From Alphaproteobacteria bacterium (GTDB lineage: Bacteria; Pseudomonadota; Alphaproteobacteria; Paracaedibacterales; VGCI01), in assembly GCA_021323455.1 (NCBI GenBank), contig JAJONN010000007.1:1-50542 (forward strand): DNA of 50,542 nt. The letters run 5' to 3'. Numbering within the stretch: position 1 is the first letter of the stretch; each line of letters begins with the position of its first letter. Below the pieces are notes generated by a model. The model was not told the origin of the DNA, made no database searches, and was given only the letters and a program-made list of their open reading frames with translations. Shown one piece after another: positions 47,755-50,542 of this stretch. Both the position numbers and the translations under genes were made by a program.

Positions 47755-47946
47755 GGTTGTCATCCTGGCCCTTAGGTTTTGTTCGTTTTCGTGTCAGCGA
47801 AACGTTACAAAACCTTAGGAGCCGGGATCCATGTATTCTCTATGGCGTTGAAAAAACTTTAAAATACATAAATCCCGGATATTAAGCTTTTGTAACGCTT
47901 TTGCTGCGCAAAAGACGAACAAAAGCTAAATTCCAGGATGACAGCC
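47755..47946. repeat. REP-like family B, complete two-armed (REPIN-like) element
   Basis: GTTGTCATCCTGG...CCAGGATGACAGC termini enclosing two hairpin arms and ATGTATT/AATACAT. Confidence 0.85.
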
Positions 47947-48098
47947 CTTTTTTAAGTCGGATAAGAGGATGCTATTGCTAGCACCCCCTCTCCTAAGATC
48001 GCTCTTTATTCAGACCCCTAGGTTCATCCAGTGGTATAGATGGTTCATTATAATAGGATATTTATTGAACACCTCCTTTAAATAGCCTCATGTCGCAG

Positions 48099-49964
48099 TC
48101 ACAAAATGAACATGAAATGTGAAGAATGAATTTCCTCGTTGATAATCAGTATACCGCTCACCCTGGGGGCTAACGAGGGACACCGTAATGCTATTTTCAT
48201 TTTTTCATATAAATTATTCGATCCGATACCATCAAGAGAATTATTTGTTAAATAATCATAATGCTCTAAACCCCAAGCGCTATATGCCCAGAAAATGCCC
48301 ACAGGATGACGTTCGCTCCATTTATCGTAGATCTGTTGAAAATGGCTCGCTGAGGCATTGAGTTCCTTTTCAATCAGAAACCGCGGAGTAAGCCATATTT
48401 CCAATTTCCTTTCCAATGGATTGTCCGGTATAATCTCTTTGCGATAGCCTGTGCATATTCTCAAATACTGACCTGCTATTCCACACTGCGATAAATTAAA
48501 CGTGCCCGCCAGCGGGTTCGCCAATTCCGCTATACGCATGACTATCCACCCTACATCGCTTCCTTGTTGTGGTCTGTAAATCAATGCGCCATTTAAAAAC
48601 CTCCTGTAAGTTTCTTCATGCCCCCGCGCTATCAGGGGAACCTCTGGCCCTTCTGGTTTCTTGCCTTCTTCTTCGGCGGCTTCCTGTGCCAGCTTCCGTA
48701 TACGTTCGGCTTCTCTTTTTTCAATTTCCGCTAATTTGTTTTCCAGGTCTTCTATTCTCTTCTGTGTTTCTTCTATTTCCCTTTTATAAGTTGCATCCTT
48801 TCTGGCTTGCTTTTCAGCTTCTTGCTGGAACCGCGCATTTTCCTTGCGTTGCTCCTCGTCCCGCAATGCTGCAACCGCTGCCGCTCTCCTTACTTGTTCC
48901 GCTTCCGTATACTGGTAGCGCACCGTATACAGGTTCCCAGCGCCGTCTTTTATGATGCTTTCCTGGAGTTCGTTGTCTCCTCTTGGCTTATTAATCGCCT
49001 CGCACACAACCGAGAACACCCTGCCATCGGATATATCAACCTCGTTCCCGTTGCTGCCATCCCAGCAAGCCAGGTGGTTGATTTCTTCCAAACCGTCAGG
49101 TTTGCTCTTCAACAGGCTATAAGTCCCCAAAGGCGCGTTTGGCCAGTTTCGGGCTTCGCCATCGGGAAATTCCCTGTAAGTAACCCTTGCTGTAACCTCG
49201 GAGCGGGCCAGCCACTTGTGAGTGTAAAACTGCCTGGCATCATCCCTTTTAAAAACAACTTGCTCAACCACCGAATGGGGGAATACCTGGTTATGGCCAG
49301 CGACGGGGTAGGGACGGTCATTAAGGTAAAATGTTCCCCCCAGCGTCACGGTTGTCGTATTCTCATCACCACGCTTGGAAGACCAAGCGGCTTGAGGCAC
49401 GCACTGGCTGGGTTTCATTGTCGCGTTCTCAACCGCATAAATTCCCGTAAAGCGATACCCTCCTGGCGGGACGAAAAATAAATGTCGCGCCAAAGAGGGG
49501 GCTGACTGCTGAATATCGACCTGAAAATCATAAGTGACCTTGATCTGATTCACAAAATACCCTTTGTTCAGCCAATCCGTGAATTGGTCATAACTGTTAA
49601 AAGACTCTGGCTTGTCCGGCAACATACAAGCGGGTGGTGTTGATTCACAGCGAACTTTAACCCTGAAGTCAACAGGCGGGTGCTGCGTCGGAGAGGACAT
49701 AAAATCCGTCAAGAAAAGCCGGACGGGAAGGTCTGGCTGTCCTATGCCCAGCGGTGTTCCCAAATCGTTTAAGTTCATGCTCATTTTAAGCATGACGTTG
49801 TTGCCCGTTCCCAAAACCGATTCCAGTGTATTGCCGGCTCCCTTGTTCAATTGCATCCCTGGCGGAGATTTTTGATCATGCTCCATGCCGTGAACGGCCC
49901 AAAGCGTTGAGATCGTGAAAACGACAAAGGCTCTAGATACGAGAAGCTTCAGGTTTTTTTTCAT
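48099..49964 (-). CDS. Hypothetical exported modular protein (signal peptide, globular domain, coiled coil, C-terminal globular domain)
   Basis: 621 aa, GGAG RBS, MKKNLKLLVSRAFVVFTISTLWAVHG, E/K/R-rich coiled coil. Confidence 0.8.
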   Translation of the reverse strand: MKKNLKLLVSRAFVVFTISTLWAVHGMEHDQKSPPGMQLNKGAGNTLESVLGTGNNVMLKMSMNLNDLGTPLGIGQPDLPVRLFLTDFMSSPTQHPPVDFRVKVRCESTPPACMLPDKPESFNSYDQFTDWLNKGYFVNQIKVTYDFQVDIQQSAPSLARHLFFVPPGGYRFTGIYAVENATMKPSQCVPQAAWSSKRGDENTTTVTLGGTFYLNDRPYPVAGHNQVFPHSVVEQVVFKRDDARQFYTHKWLARSEVTARVTYREFPDGEARNWPNAPLGTYSLLKSKPDGLEEINHLACWDGSNGNEVDISDGRVFSVVCEAINKPRGDNELQESIIKDGAGNLYTVRYQYTEAEQVRRAAAVAALRDEEQRKENARFQQEAEKQARKDATYKREIEETQKRIEDLENKLAEIEKREAERIRKLAQEAAEEEGKKPEGPEVPLIARGHEETYRRFLNGALIYRPQQGSDVGWIVMRIAELANPLAGTFNLSQCGIAGQYLRICTGYRKEIIPDNPLERKLEIWLTPRFLIEKELNASASHFQQIYDKWSERHPVGIFWAYSAWGLEHYDYLTNNSLDGIGSNNLYEKMKIALRCPSLAPRVSGILIINEEIHSSHFMFIL

Positions 49965-50198
49965 GCAAGGTCTCCTTGGGATTAAGGTTTTATTCGAGGT
50001 GAGGAAGATTTATCAAAATAAGGTTTTAGAAAAAAACATCACAATTGTTGTCTATCAGACCAGTAGTTATAAGCGCAAACAATATCGTTGGGCCGTGATG
50101 CCGCAGCAAGCCAAAACGTCCAGCGGCGCATTTACATTTTAACACGGCCTGTTGTACTTAAGGAATGCTGCCAGCGGTAATTTTATAATAAATCCCCA

Positions 50199-50377
50199 AG
50201 GTTCCATCCAATTTTGTAAAAATAACTCTATCCGTGTCATCCCGGATATTAAGCTTTTGTAACGCTTTTGCTGCGCAAAAGACGAACAAAAGCTAAACTC
50301 CAGGAAGACAGCCCTTTTTTAATCCATAATTCAGGTTAATAATATTTTTAGGCTTCTTACAAAAGTGGATGGAACCT
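50199..50377. mobile_element. MITE-like element with 21-bp TIRs containing a nested family B arm
   Basis: AGGTTCCATCCAATTTTGTAA ... TTACAAAAGTGGATGGAACCT (one mismatch). Confidence 0.65.
50235..50314. repeat. REP-like family B, right arm
   Basis: 59 bp identical to 47872-47930, with further near-identity beyond. Confidence 0.85.
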
Positions 50378-50482
50378 AATGTCGTCGTACCGCTCAGTAT
50401 CTCTTCGGAATAGATGGTGTGTTGGATTCCCTATTAAACCCGCAGATTGGATGGTATACTCTTATCATAAGGGGTTAAGAGC

Positions 50483-50542
50483 ATGATTTCAGATAATATA
50501 AAAAGTATGATCCGCGTCAACCAGGCCGGAGAATACGGAGCT
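50483..50542 (+). CDS. coq7: Demethoxyubiquinone hydroxylase Coq7, N-terminus (runs off the window end)
   Basis: MISDNIKSMIRVNQAGEYGA matches the Coq7 motif IRVDHAGEYGA. Confidence 0.8.
   Translation, partial: MISDNIKSMIRVNQAGEYGA

Noticed and set aside
48807-49481. 224-aa antisense ORF and the many other short overlapping ORFs in the track
   Set aside because: They are shadow frames of well-supported genes with no recognisable motifs.

Overview
Chromosomal window of an alphaproteobacterium. Gene content and order suggest a Holosporales-like protist endosymbiont; this is an inference. The housekeeping backbone is a partial umuD-like gene, an RND efflux pair, a methyltransferase, recR, an EAL phosphodiesterase, gpmI-envC-ctpA-rppH, two MFS paralogues, DUF1013/trcR, an M23 peptidase, tRNA-Glu, an RRM protein, uppS-cdsA-rseP-bamA-skp, DUF177, cbp3, bamE, ileS-lspA-DUF3035-M16x2, pgi-mutL and the start of coq7. 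Interspersed are (i) an orphan T6SS ATPase tssH/clpV; (ii) signal-peptide-bearing candidate host effectors (F-box-LRR, Sel1, a 108-aa-repeat protein, a modular coiled-coil protein), most next to IS or repeat debris; (iii) IS5, IS630 and IS481 remnants, an IS5-ended MITE family and two REP-like palindromic families, one with compensatory base changes; (iv) a relic of dxr between cdsA and rseP; and (v) several short duplications and deletions inside conserved genes. No CRISPR, rRNA or prophage was seen. I cannot demonstrate a complete new multi-gene system. The best leads are the mobile-element-associated secreted effector set, the dxr loss, the MITE/REP families and the indel signature. All family assignments come from motif recognition, not database searches.
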